A stretch of DNA of 64,000 nt from Felis catus. Lineage: Eukaryota. The stretch spans positions 8,246,001-8,310,000 of the forward strand of contig NC_058382.1 in NCBI RefSeq assembly GCF_018350175.1. Direction: 5' to 3'. The translations under genes and the position numbers were made by a program. The notes under the pieces are model-generated. The model ran no database searches. It was not told where the DNA came from and saw only the letters and a list, made by a program, of their open reading frames with translations. Of the stretch, positions 1-10,979 are shown piece by piece. Numbering within the stretch: the stretch's first letter is position 1; the number at the start of each line of letters is the position of its first letter.

Positions 1-1059
1 GGCTTTGCGGACACATCCACAGTTCTTTATATCTTTTTGACATGAAAAGGTTCTGCAGACATGGCTAGGTCCCTCTAGATCAGTGTTCCCCAAACTACAG
101 TCTGAGAGCAGTACAGTGCTTTGCAATTAGCTTGTTATAAAAAAATAAAAGTAAATCGAACACAGTTGAAAATTCTTCACGGTGCATCACAAGTAGTACG
201 TGGGAATATTAATTAATGGGACTTTGGCATTAAATACACACGTCAGTATGTCCTAGCTGTGAACACAAAAAATGCACTTCTTACTGTAGATCAAGGTCAA
301 GAGAGTCTGAAAAGCATTGCACTAAATGAGTCTCAATGATCCTACAGACTTCCCCAGACTAATGTGGACTAATTCCAACTCTCTATAGCTCCAGGGCAAT
401 GCAGAATTTTTATCAACATTTTTCATTTAAATTACATTATAAAGTGCAAGTACATTTGAGCTGGGCAAATTTTCCAATACTCTCCTTTGTCTTGTTCTCC
501 ACGCGATTACCCAGCCCCAAAAGGCATTCGAATTGCTCCAGGCATAAAGACTGTACTCTTGCAGTCACACTGAAAGCCACCTAGATGGTTCCAGGTCCTT
601 CTAAGTGCCCCCCAGCCTCCTGTCACCCATATTAGACACTCTCAGACGTTAGAGACCCATCCAGGCCTCTCAGCACCCGTCAGTATTTGCCTCCCTCCCT
701 TGGTGGGCACATCCCACCCCCCTGGGTGGCCCTAAAAGACTTCCTAGCCCTCCAACAGTTCTTCCAGACCCGCTACATGGCCCCAGACCCAGGTAGGTGA
801 GCCGCATCCTCAAGGCAGCCCATGTAGACACTCCCAGTCCTAACAGACATACCCCGGGCGCTATAGATGGCTCTGCAGATACTCCTCTGCTCTTGCAGAC
901 CTCCTTCACCCTGGGACATATCTCAAGATCTCAAGATGGCCCCAGAACCCTATAAACAGACCCTAGCTTCGGGTCAGCCCGTAAAGACGATCAACAGTGT
1001 CTACAGATATGACCCAGGCCAGCTATGTGATGGAGGGCAGGCTCCAGTCTCAGTCCAGG

Positions 1060-1760
1060 CCCGGTGGACATCCCCAGTCCTCTCGGGGACGCCCCGTAGA
1101 TGCCCCCCGGAACCCACAGACGCGTCCCGGGGCCTTGAGAAGGCCCCCCGCTCGGCGCCAGGCTCCGCCGCCGCTGCCGGGCCCGAGGCCGCCCCGCTAA
1201 GTCCGCCAGGCCCCGCGGCGTGTGGGGAGGACCCCGGGACAACTAGCGACCCGACTCCGCCCCGCCCACCCCGATAGGCCCGAGCCCCGCGGCCCAGACT
1301 GCCGCCGCCATCTTACCCCGCCGCTCGGGCTGCGGCTCCGGCCCCGGCGCGGGGCGGGGCGGGCTGGGGGGGCTCGCGAGCAGAGGGAGGAGAGGGGCGG
1401 AGCTAAAACGCCGCCGAGCTTGCCGGGACTTCAAGTACCGAGCACGGTGCCGTGAAGGCTGGTGGGAAGGCTCCGGACTCAATTTCCCAGCAACCAATGG
1501 GGCACATAGGCATGAGCGCGCGCGACGGACGCCGGGAGGCGTAGTCCGCACGTCGCCTCCGTCGCGCGGGGACAGCAAGGAGGTGAGAGGTGAAGTGGGC
1601 GGGGTTGCGGCAGCCCGCGACAAGGCCCCACGGTGCCCTGCGCGCGCGCGGAAAGAGCTGCGGAACAGGAAGTGATGTAAGACCACTCAGCCCGACCGCC
1701 GCAAGGGAATTGTAGTTCCGAGGAGTGGGAAGTAGAAAAACAGCCGGACTTGCTGAGTTG
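1060..1760. promoter_or_regulatory. CpG-island promoter on the SCAF1 side of the SCAF1/RRAS divergent pair
   Basis: High CpG content. ZNF143/SBS-like GGGAATTGTAGT at 1705-1716 and GGGAGGCGTAGT at 1534-1545; ETS CAGGAAGTG at 1666-1674; CCAAT at 1494-1498; GC boxes; YY1 GCCGCCATCTT at 1304-1314. Confidence 0.75.
1317..1450 (-). other. SCAF1: Probable non-coding first exon of SCAF1 (5' boundary approximate; coding exons lie outside the window)
   Basis: CpG island with a minus-strand donor GG|GTAAGA (GT at 1316-1315). The identity is inferred only from synteny (SCAF1 is head-to-head with RRAS in mammals); no SCAF1 coding sequence is visible. Confidence 0.55.
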
Positions 1761-1779
1761 CCCCGCCCACTTTCTGGGG

Positions 1780-2285
1780 ATCCCAGAATCCCGATCTCCT
1801 AGTCCTCTCTAAATTTAGAACCAAGGAGCCTGATGTACAACCTCCTCCTCATTTAGGACGGAAAAGTCCAAATTCTGATTCCTCTCATTCAGCAGAGAAG
1901 CCTGGACTCCCTATTTCCCTCCTGCCTGGGACTTGGGAGTCCGACCACTTCTTCCTTCCAACCAGGAGTCTGGCCCTCAGGCCCTTCCTTCCTCAGACCA
2001 TTGCTGGTCTCCAGCTCGTACTTTACACAGACACAAGTGTTCGGGCTCCCCACCTGAATTCCCTCGGATCCAGAATTCTGAATCCCCGAACCCAACCCCT
2101 GAACCCAAGAGTCAGGGCCCCCAGCTCCCTCCTTTACGGAATCTAGTAGTAAAGACTGCCAGATCCCCTCCTCCCCGGGACCCAGGATTCCAGGCCTCCA
2201 TCCTCATTCTCTCCGAGAGACTCAAAAGCCTGGGCCCTCAGCTTCTTCCTCCTTCAAGCCTCAGAAATCCTGGCCCTAGGCCCTT
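1780..2285 (+). repeat. Degenerate ~37-bp MSR1-like minisatellite
   Basis: Recurring units resembling CCCAGCCCCTCCTCCCTCAGACCCAGGAGTCCAGGC, for example around 1960-2000, 2100-2135 and 2165-2200. Confidence 0.55.
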
Positions 2286-2559
2286 CATGACTCGGCCACC
2301 CCGGCTTGGGCGAGCTGGTTCAGGGATCAGGAATGCAGTGATCTCACGGCCCCTCCCTGTCCCGTTACGCGGCTGTCCCCCCTCCAGGGCCCCATCTCTC
2401 CTCCCAGTCTGCCTTCCGCTTGGCTGGGACTCCGGGAACCGGAAGCCTGGGTCCCTTAGCGGGCGGAGACTCCAGCGTCCAGCCTAGACACCCGGGTCGG
2501 AAGCCTGGCTAGGATCCCAGGACGTAGGTGGAGCTTCCCCTCAAGACCCACTCCATCCT

Positions 2560-3032
2560 CCGAGCGCGCCTATATACGGCCGCGCGCGGGTCCACGAGCC
2601 CCGCCTACTAAAACGAAGCCTCGGGGACCGTGCCCTGAGAAGCAGTCTCCGGGCTCTTCATTTGCATAGCACCTCCCCGAATGATCTTCCCGACCCGTCG
2701 GTCGAGAGTGAGAGCGCTTATTAGCATAGCCCCGCCCCCAGGGGCCCGCCTGCTGAGAGCGCGTGGCGCTGCCCAGGGTGAGCACAGTTCTTTCATTAAC
2801 ATACTCCCGCCCCATTTGGAATTCCCCTTCACAGCGAAAGCCTTTCCCCTTCCCTTATTAGCATAGCTCCTCCTTTTCCCTGGCCTTGCCTCCTCCCAAG
2901 TGTCCCAAGACTCGAGTCCTTCTCTCCGGAGCTCATGATTATGCAGTAGCCTTATTAGCGCGGCCCGCCCCTAGGCCCCGCCCGGCTCCCCCCCCCCTAG
3001 GCAGTAGCGGCGGCGGCGGCAGCGGTGGCGAC
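2560..3032 (+). promoter_or_regulatory. RRAS: RRAS proximal promoter and 5' UTR
   Basis: CpG-rich sequence with GC boxes and repeated octamer-like elements, and a GCG-repeat leader before the ATG at 3033. Confidence 0.75.
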
Positions 3033-6000
3033 ATGAGCAGCGGGGCGGCGTCCGGGACTGGGCGGGGGCGGCCCCGGGGCGGGGGGCCGGGGCCCGGGGA
3101 CCCCCCACCCAGCGAGACACACAAGCTGGTGGTCGTGGGCGGCGGCGGCGTGGGCAAGAGCGCACTGACCATCCAGTTCATCCAGGTAGTGGGCCCTCAC
3201 CCGGGGGGTGTCCCCGGGACCCAGAACTGAGCTCTTTCTGAGACCCCTATTTCCCCTCGATCCATCACTGAGCACCTCTTATGAGACATTCTAATCTTAA
3301 AAACCCCCCTCAGATTGTGACCCTGAGCCCTCCCAGGGCCTCCACCCCTTCTACCCCCTACACAAGGGGCATATACTGGCATCCTGAAACCCACCATCCC
3401 TCCTCCCAGTACCCTGCTTCCCTGCTGACCTGGGCATCTCCTGGGAGCATCCTAAATCCAGAAGTCACCCCATTTAGACCCTAAGCACTCTCATAGGGGC
3501 CCCCACCCCCAGGTGCCACCTTCTCCTACCTGAGCCCCATCTCCCCCAAACCCCAGATCCCAGCTTCCTGCCTGAGCCACCCAGAGCCTAACTGGGAGAT
3601 TACCCCAGCCTAGATGCTTAGCTCCCTCAGAATCTAGAAATTATGCCCAGACTGCCTGGGACCCATCTGGGACCATCCAGTCCTGAGAGAGGCACTCTTA
3701 GACTCAAGGGATTTCAGAAACATCAGTGCCCCTTGGCCATTGCAGAGAACTGTAAGACTACAAGTCCTGGGGATCCCCCATCCCCCAAGACCCAGACCTC
3801 CCCCCTCTCCCCAGGGAAACCACCCACTCGTCCATCTTGAATTTTCCTCCACTCTAAATCCTTGAGCGCCTCTCCGAAACCTTGGCTAGCCCCCAAATCA
3901 TCTCCATCTAGGAAGCCCCAGATTCTTGACCCCCCTGGAAAGACCTGCTCTTTGAGAGTTTCTTTGACCCTATAAATGCATCTCAGGGTGTTTGAGACTC
4001 TCTAGATATGCACCTATATTCTATGACAAACCTCCCAAAAGTGCACCTTGGGGCTCTCCCCCGTTCTCACTCCTGACCTTCTCCAGTTGTGTTCTGAAGA
4101 CACGCCCCTAGTCCCCCCATGGGGGGGCCTGGTCCTCCACCCTCCCTTCAGGACAAGCCCTCACCAAGCACCCCCACCCCCCACCAACAGACAGGATGCA
4201 GCCCTCAGGCCCCCAGCTGCCAGATCACCCCTTCTCTCCTGAAAGATCCACCCCTGCCCAGGAAACCTTCACCCCATTCCCAAGGGAAACCCTCCCACCT
4301 TAGAAAAACCTTAAAAATTAGGTATCTGTTTCTGAGATGCTACCGCAGAGCCCCCTGGGCCCCAGACCCCTTGAGAGCCCCCAGCCAGTGCCTGCATGGA
4401 CGCCCTGGCCTATATAGAAAAAGGCCTCAGCCCTGGGCCCCTTGCACCCAGGGGCAGATCCAAAGCTGGCCAAAGGCCTGGCTGGAGGCTGGCCTGACCC
4501 AGGCAGGAAGGGAGGGGCCCAGACTTTGGGCGGGGCAGTTTCTCTACTGCTGGATTGGAACTGGGACCTTCCCTTGGGAGGAGACACTAGAAGCTGTGGA
4601 GGAGGAGGAGGAGGGGAGGGAGGAGGAGGAGGAAGAAGAAGGAGAAAAAAAGAGGGAAGGGGAGGAGGAGGAGGAGGGAGAGATCTAGCCAGGCAGATAT
4701 TCTGGACAATAATAGTTCCCAATAACTGAGCACCTACTATATCCAGGCCATACATTAAATGCTTAACAGGAATTTCCCCGAAGCTCACAAATACTGGATT
4801 AAGTGAGTCCTATTTTTATCCTTAATTTCCAAATGAGGAAATTGAGGTTCAGAGAGGGGAAGTGATTTGTTCAATGCTGCACAGCCAGGACATAATCATG
4901 ATGTAGGAGATGTATTTTATACTAGAAAGAGAGGACCAGGAGAGATTCAGAAAGGAGACAGGATAGGGTGGGAGGAAGGGACAGAGACCCACAGAGAGAG
5001 GAACGGGGACCCAGAAAGAAGGGGGGGAGGCAGAGAAAGGCAGAGCCCAGGGGCAGGGCTACATCATCTGTGCTGCAGCACTGAACGAACAGCAGTAACA
5101 TGTGTCTTCTCCCTCCCCACCAGTCCTACTTTGTGTCTGACTATGACCCAACCATCGAAGACTCCTATACGAAGATCTGCACTGTGGATGGTGTCCCGGC
5201 CCGGCTGGACAGTGAGGGCGAGGGAGGCAGGGAGCGGATGGGGGGGATGATGGTGGGGCTGAGGGCTCCTGGCAGGGGGTGGATGGGTGGGGGTGGCCAG
5301 TGGGAACCCCATCCCCAAGGCAGCCCCTCTCCGCCCGTCTGCAGTCCTGGACACTGCAGGCCAGGAGGAGTTCGGTGCCATGCGGGAGCAGTACATGCGC
5401 GCCGGCCACGGCTTCCTGCTGGTGTTTGCCATTAACGACCGGCAGAGGTGAGGAGTAGAGGGCGGCGGAGCGGGGGTGGGGCGTGGGGCGGGGAGGGCGG
5501 CTAGACCTCACACCTCTGGCTTCATCCGCAGTTTCAACGAGGTAGGCAAGCTTTTCACGCAGATCCTCCGAGTGAAGGACCGAGACGACTTCCCCATCGT
5601 GTTGGTTGGGAACAAGGCAGATCTGGAGACACAGCGCCAGGTCTGGGACACCCCCCCCCCCTGCCCCACCCCGGGGGACCGCATCTCAAGCCTGGGAGGC
5701 TCCTTCCTGGGCTGCCTCCTCCAGCTCCCCTGGTCCTGCTCCCTCCACGGTCACACGCCATCACTAAATGCGTTGCTCCCAAGTTGGATCTCCCGAGTTC
5801 CCAGCCTTGCACACAGGACTTCCCAGGAGAGATGGCTGGACGGCAAAAAGGGCACCTGCCCCCCATCCCCAGGTCAGCCAGCCCCAACTCTGCTCCGTCG
5901 CCACCTCTAGTCAGCCTCCCACCCTGCCCCCCACTGTGCTGGCCCCTTCCCTGCTCACGACCCTCCCTGGCTCCCCAGCGCCCCCAGGAGAGAACTCCAG

Positions 6001-6702
6001 CTCTTCCACAAGAGGTGATACTCACCGTGTCTGGTCTCTTCCTTTCTGTTCTCTCCACTTCCTATACACAGAGACTATGTGATTTCCACACAGAACTCAT
6101 CTTTTAGATCAAGCTTTGGGGGGGGGGGGTTCCAGCCTTCTGAGCCTTGCTCAGGCCTCTCCAGGGAACACCCAGACTTCTCTGCGGGGGGGAACTCAGT
6201 TATCTGACGTTCAGAAGGACAAACGTCTCCAGAGCCTTCCCTGACTACTTAGGTGGTGCTGAGCCCTCTTGGCATGTCCCCCGTGATCCTCTGGGAGTTT
6301 TCCCTTGAGCCCCCACACTGCGTAACCCCCATTAGAGCATATAGTGTGATTTTCTGCCTCCCTCGGTTGGGACCCACCCTGAGTGCAGACACCCGACTCC
6401 TTCCTGTGTCCCCCCTCCCAGGTCCCCCGATCTGAAGCCTCTGCCTATGGCGCCTCCCACCACGTGGCCTACTTTGAGGCCTCGGCCAAACTGCGCCTCA
6501 ATGTGGACGAGGCCTTCGAGCAGCTGGTGCGGGCCGTACGGTGAGCGGAGCTCCTCCCCTTCCGGTCATCCTCGTCCTCAGCTCCTGTGACCCAAACTCA
6601 CTAGCTTCTTCCCACAGGAAGTATCAGGAACAAGAGCTCCCGCCCAGCCCACCCAGCGCCCCCAGGAAGAAGGACGGGGGCTGTCCCTGTGTCCTCCTGT
6701 AG
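3033..6702 (+). CDS. RRAS: Ras-related protein R-Ras; join(3033..3185,5124..5211,5345..5447,5532..5640,6422..6540,6618..6702), 218 aa
   Basis: N-terminus [19 protein letters not shown]-loop GGGGVGKS, effector [19 protein letters not shown] and EASAK motifs, C-terminal CPCVLL CaaX box. All introns are GT-AG and the exons sum to 657 nt in frame. Confidence 0.98.
4598..4682 (+). repeat. Purine-rich (GAG/GAA)n tract in RRAS intron 1
   Basis: Direct reading: ggaggaggaggag...gaagaagaag...ggaggaggag. Confidence 0.8.
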
Positions 6703-6959
6703 CCCCGGCGGCGGCGTGAGAGGAGCAACCAGCACGAGCTCTTGGGACCAGCTGCCCTCACCGAGCCTCAGTTTCCCCATCTGGGTTTCCCAGGATACAC
6801 TACACCCCCATCTGTAATTCCTGGCTTCCTCCAGGACATCGCCACTGTGTGCCTTCTGCCAATATGCCTCCTTTCCCCACCCGAGCCCCTTGTTGGGGTG
6901 AGGGGCTCCCGGGCATCCGGGTCACTGCTGTATATAATTCCCCTCTCCACCCCTAGGGA

Positions 6960-6965
6960 AATAAA
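6960..6965 (+). terminator. RRAS: RRAS polyadenylation signal
   Basis: AATAAA about 260 nt after the stop codon, followed by T-rich and G-rich downstream sequence. Confidence 0.85.
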
Positions 6966-9270
6966 CGTCACTGCCAATGTCAGAAAATGCTTTTTAGAAC
7001 GGTTCAGGGGTGGTGGGTGAACTCAGGGCACACCTATAACCATCCGATCTACAACCCTTTGTTTCTTGGGGAGGGAGGTGGGCAGGGGCCAGAGAACAAG
7101 CCAAGCAGGTGTCTGGACTCCTGCTTCATCTTCAACGGGACCACTCTGCCTTTTGTGCTTTGGTGGCACGGGGTTTAACATCTGAAATGTTTTTTGTTTT
7201 TGTTTTTCCTCTTTGCTGTAAAGTTCTAGAACAGTACTGTTCAACAAGGTAGCCGGTAGCTACAGGCAGGTTTTAAAATTTATTGGATGGTGGTGTTCCA
7301 GAAGATTCCAGAATCTTGGAAACAGGCAGCCACTACAAACCCTGCCTGCCTCCTAACCACCCCCAATACATATTGAGAAAGACATTTTGGCTGCAGAAAG
7401 AAGGGACAGGTGGGTGGAATGGTGTCCAAGCAGCTGGCTGGCAAGTTCTCAGTTCCAGAAAGTTCCCAATTGGGCTGACTTCAGAGTCCAAACCCTCAAT
7501 GACCTGGGGGCCAGCGTAGACACATCTCATTTGAGCATTATGTCCTAGGAAGGGCTGAAGCGTGGGGCATCATAAGGCCACCCAAACAAGTTGCTAACTC
7601 GCTTGTTTGGGAACCCTTGCATGCCCCCCATTTGACCCAGGACCCCCAATTCTGTGCTGTATTTGCTAACCTGAAACGCTGGCGCCAGACCTGGAGACCA
7701 CCACGTGCCCCATCTCCCATGCCTGACAAGCGTCCCTGAACCCCAACACCTAGTCCACACACTTCCACTTGAGAACTGTCACCAATGATCTACTCCCTGT
7801 CTCCCCGTATCTGCTACGTTTGGACAGAATCTCCAGGCCCGATTCCAAAGTCCTCCCCTCACACCCACCCCAGAACCCACTTCCTGGTTCAAGGGGAGAC
7901 GAGGGCCCTCAGCAGCACCTCCATCTTCTCAGCTGTAAAACGGGGGTAATCACAGAGCTACTTCGGAGGGGTCTTTAGGAACCGGATCTGCACCCAGAAG
8001 ACAAACACAGAGCTGGGAATACTGTAAACGCTCTTTATCAATGACGGAGGCCCCGCTGTCCTCCTCTTGCCCCAGAACCATGAATGTCCCTCTGTATTCC
8101 AGATTCGAACAATGATTAGCTAAATATCCCTTTCCGGGTTTCATTATCACAGAATCCTTGGCCTGCATTCAACCTTCCGCCTTGGGAATAAGCAAGGCTC
8201 CAAAGTATTGTGCTACATGTTCACTCCCTCTGCCCTGACAGGGAGGGGAATGGGGGGGTGGGGGTGGAGTGGGGCGGTTCTATCACTTTCCAAACAAGGT
8301 CTGACATCGCCACCTAACCCCAGCCAGAGGCGAGGCGCTCTCAGCAGGGGCCAGTGGAGTCCTAGGCTGATGTCCCTCCCTCTCCCTGGGTCCCCCTGTC
8401 AACACTGCGTGCACAGGAGACCCGAGTCTTTTTTGCATTGTCGATCAGGGCCAAATTCTTGGCCGGGACACCCTGCTTCCTGAAGGACAAAAGATGCACT
8501 TCGAAGAGTGACCAAATCTACCGCTTACGCCCAGCAAAAGGCACATGTACAGACCCACGCGACAACTGGCAGGCCATTTTCGGAAGGCTTGAGATCACCA
8601 CTGTTCCAGAGCTCATCAGACAACAGTGAAGAGGCTGGCCTGGCCTAGTTGGCGGCTCTCTAGGCATGTGCATGCCTGTCCCACAGTTCCTGCCCTCCCC
8701 TGGGCTCTGGCGGGTCCTGCCAATGATCTGAAGCCTCTCGGGCTTTTGCTGTCCCTCCTTACCCATCTTTGCCACCTTCCCTTTCTGCCGTCTCTTGGAC
8801 TTCCGGCAAGCCCCTTGGGCTCGCCTGCCATGCGGAACGGGAGCTAAAGGCCAGGCGGTGCCAAGTGCATCGAACACTGTTTTCCTTCACGTTGACAAAG
8901 TCCATTTGACGAATGACGAGACTAAGGACAGGGGCTGGGATCCAACTCACCTGGTTAGTGCTGGAGCTGGCATTCAAATTTGGGCAGTTGAATTCCAAGG
9001 TCCAACCACAAGGTACTCCTGCCCCCAAAGGGATGATACTGGCCCGCCACCCACCTTCTGAACAATCCACCCACTTTGTATAGCAGAGCTCCTGCGGGAG
9101 ATCATGGGGATCTCGGAGGCTTTGGCTCTTATTTGACGGAACAGTCCAGAACCTTGTATATGCCACTGCCTCTCAGTGGCTGCACCCCAATGTGCTACAG
9201 GCCATGGTTCAAGGACACCAGCGGTCCATCCTTACCCCTCCGAACTCAATTCTAGAAAGCCCACGGCCCA

Positions 9271-9438
9271 GGGGCACCTGGGTGGCTCAGTCGGTTGAGT
9301 GTCGGACTCCAGCCTTCAGTTCGGGTCACGATCTCGTGGTTCATGGGTTCGAGCCCCACAATAGGCTCCATGCTAACAGCGTGGAGCCTGCTTGGACGCT
9401 CTCCCCTCTCTCTCAAAATAACTAAACTTAAAAACAAA
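9271..9438 (+). mobile_element. CanSINE (tRNA-derived carnivore SINE)
   Basis: GGGGCACCTGGGTGGCTCAGTCGG head, GGTTCGAGCCC B-box, CT tract and A tail. Confidence 0.9.
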
Positions 9439-9787
9439 AGGCCACGGCCCACCACTGAGTCCCATTAAGATCCTTCAGCGTTATTGTAAAACCAGCAGAA
9501 TCATTAATATTGGCCTAGACGAGATATCCAAGGTTGTAGAACAAATTGGGGCTCTTCCTCGATTTCACCAGGAAGGGAACCAATCTATCTAGAATGCAGA
9601 TGGTCTACCCTTAAATCTTACACCAGGTCAACACCTGCCGCACACCTATCATCACTGCTGAAGCCAGGGTTCTAGAATACCAACAGTCTGTTTTGGACAA
9701 CTGTCCAGGCTCTAGAATGACGACAGCTTACTCACTACTTTCTAAAGCCAGGTTCCAGTTGACCTCCAAACGTTTAACTCTTTAGAA

Positions 9788-9965
9788 CACTGCTCCTCCA
9801 GCTTGAGCGTCTATTAGAATCCTCCCAGGATTTTACTAAATAGTGGGTTCTGACTCAGCAGATCTGAGACTCGGCCCAAGCTGACATTTTCTAGAAGGTC
9901 TCGTGGGACAACGGACATCAATCACTCCAAGGGCGGCAGTCCTGGATCACACTTTGAGCAGCAGC
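9788..9965. mobile_element. Old hAT-Charlie DNA transposon relic (MER5A-like)
   Basis: attagaatc...tctgactcagcagatctgag...ggatcacactttgagcagca resembles the MER5A consensus as recalled; not searched. Confidence 0.5.
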
Positions 9966-10429
9966 AAATCTCAAGAACGCAGGAATCCATCCACCACTCC
10001 GTCTACTGGCGTCTCAACTGCCAGTCTGCTGGTGACCTTGGAGTTTCAGGGTTCAAGAGCACAAGAGACCCACCCTTCAGTCTACATTAGGCAACCCTCA
10101 AAAAGCTGGTCAACTCCCTACACCTGCCACAGCCTGTACCGGTTTAAAAACACATCTAAGAATTCCTATCCTTTTCCTTCCTCAAAGCGGAGCTGAACTG
10201 CCCTCTGAGTGGGTACTGGGTTTAATAACTCCCTTTCGATGAACAGTATGGATGAAGCAATGGTATATTAGGACATAAAGGTCCTGTGGCTTCCTCCTTG
10301 CTCTCTCCCTGGGAAAAGCCAGCTGGCATGCTGTGAGGACACCGAAGCTGCCCCATTGTGGGGTCCACATGGCCAGGAACCGAGGCCTCCGGCCAACAAC
10401 TGATCTGCAAGTTAAAAGCAGATCCTTCG

Positions 10430-10598
10430 AGGTGCCCGGGTGGCTCAGTCAGTTAAGTGTCAGACTTCGGCTCGGGTCACCATCTCACGGTTCGTGAATT
10501 CGAGCCCCGAGTCGGGCTCTGAGCTGACAGCTCGGCGCCTGGAGCCTGCTTCGGATTCTGGATCTTCCTCTCTCTCTCTGCCCCTCCCCCACTCACGC

Positions 10599-10654
<56 letters not shown>

Positions 10655-10680
10655 TCAAATATAAACAGCAACAACAAAAG
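10430..10680 (+). mobile_element. CanSINE with long (CT)n tract
   Basis: Typical head, B-box, (CT)n and A-rich tail. Confidence 0.92.
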
Positions 10681-10979
10681 AAGTAAACCCTCCAATCCCA
10701 GTCAATCCCTTCGGGTTGCTCTCGCTGACCAGACTATAACCTCACAACAGACCCTGGGACGCGAACCCCCAATTCCTGATCCTCAGAAACCAGAGGATAA
10801 AACGTTTCTTGTTTTAGGTCGCTAAATTTTGGGGTGGGCCAATTTTACCCAGCGAGACGTAGGGGTGCAACGACCCCAGCCCAACCACTGCCCGGGCTCC
10901 AGAAAAGCCATGTGCCAGAGAAGGCCAGACCCTCTCTCTGCCTGTGCCATCCCTCGGCCCACCCGGCACCCAGACGCCG

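Noticed and set aside
10440-10664. Recurrent 'MAQSVKRPTSAQVMIS...' ORFs and tRNA-like A/B boxes throughout the window
   Set aside because: These are translations and internal promoters of tRNA-derived CanSINEs, not genes or tRNAs.
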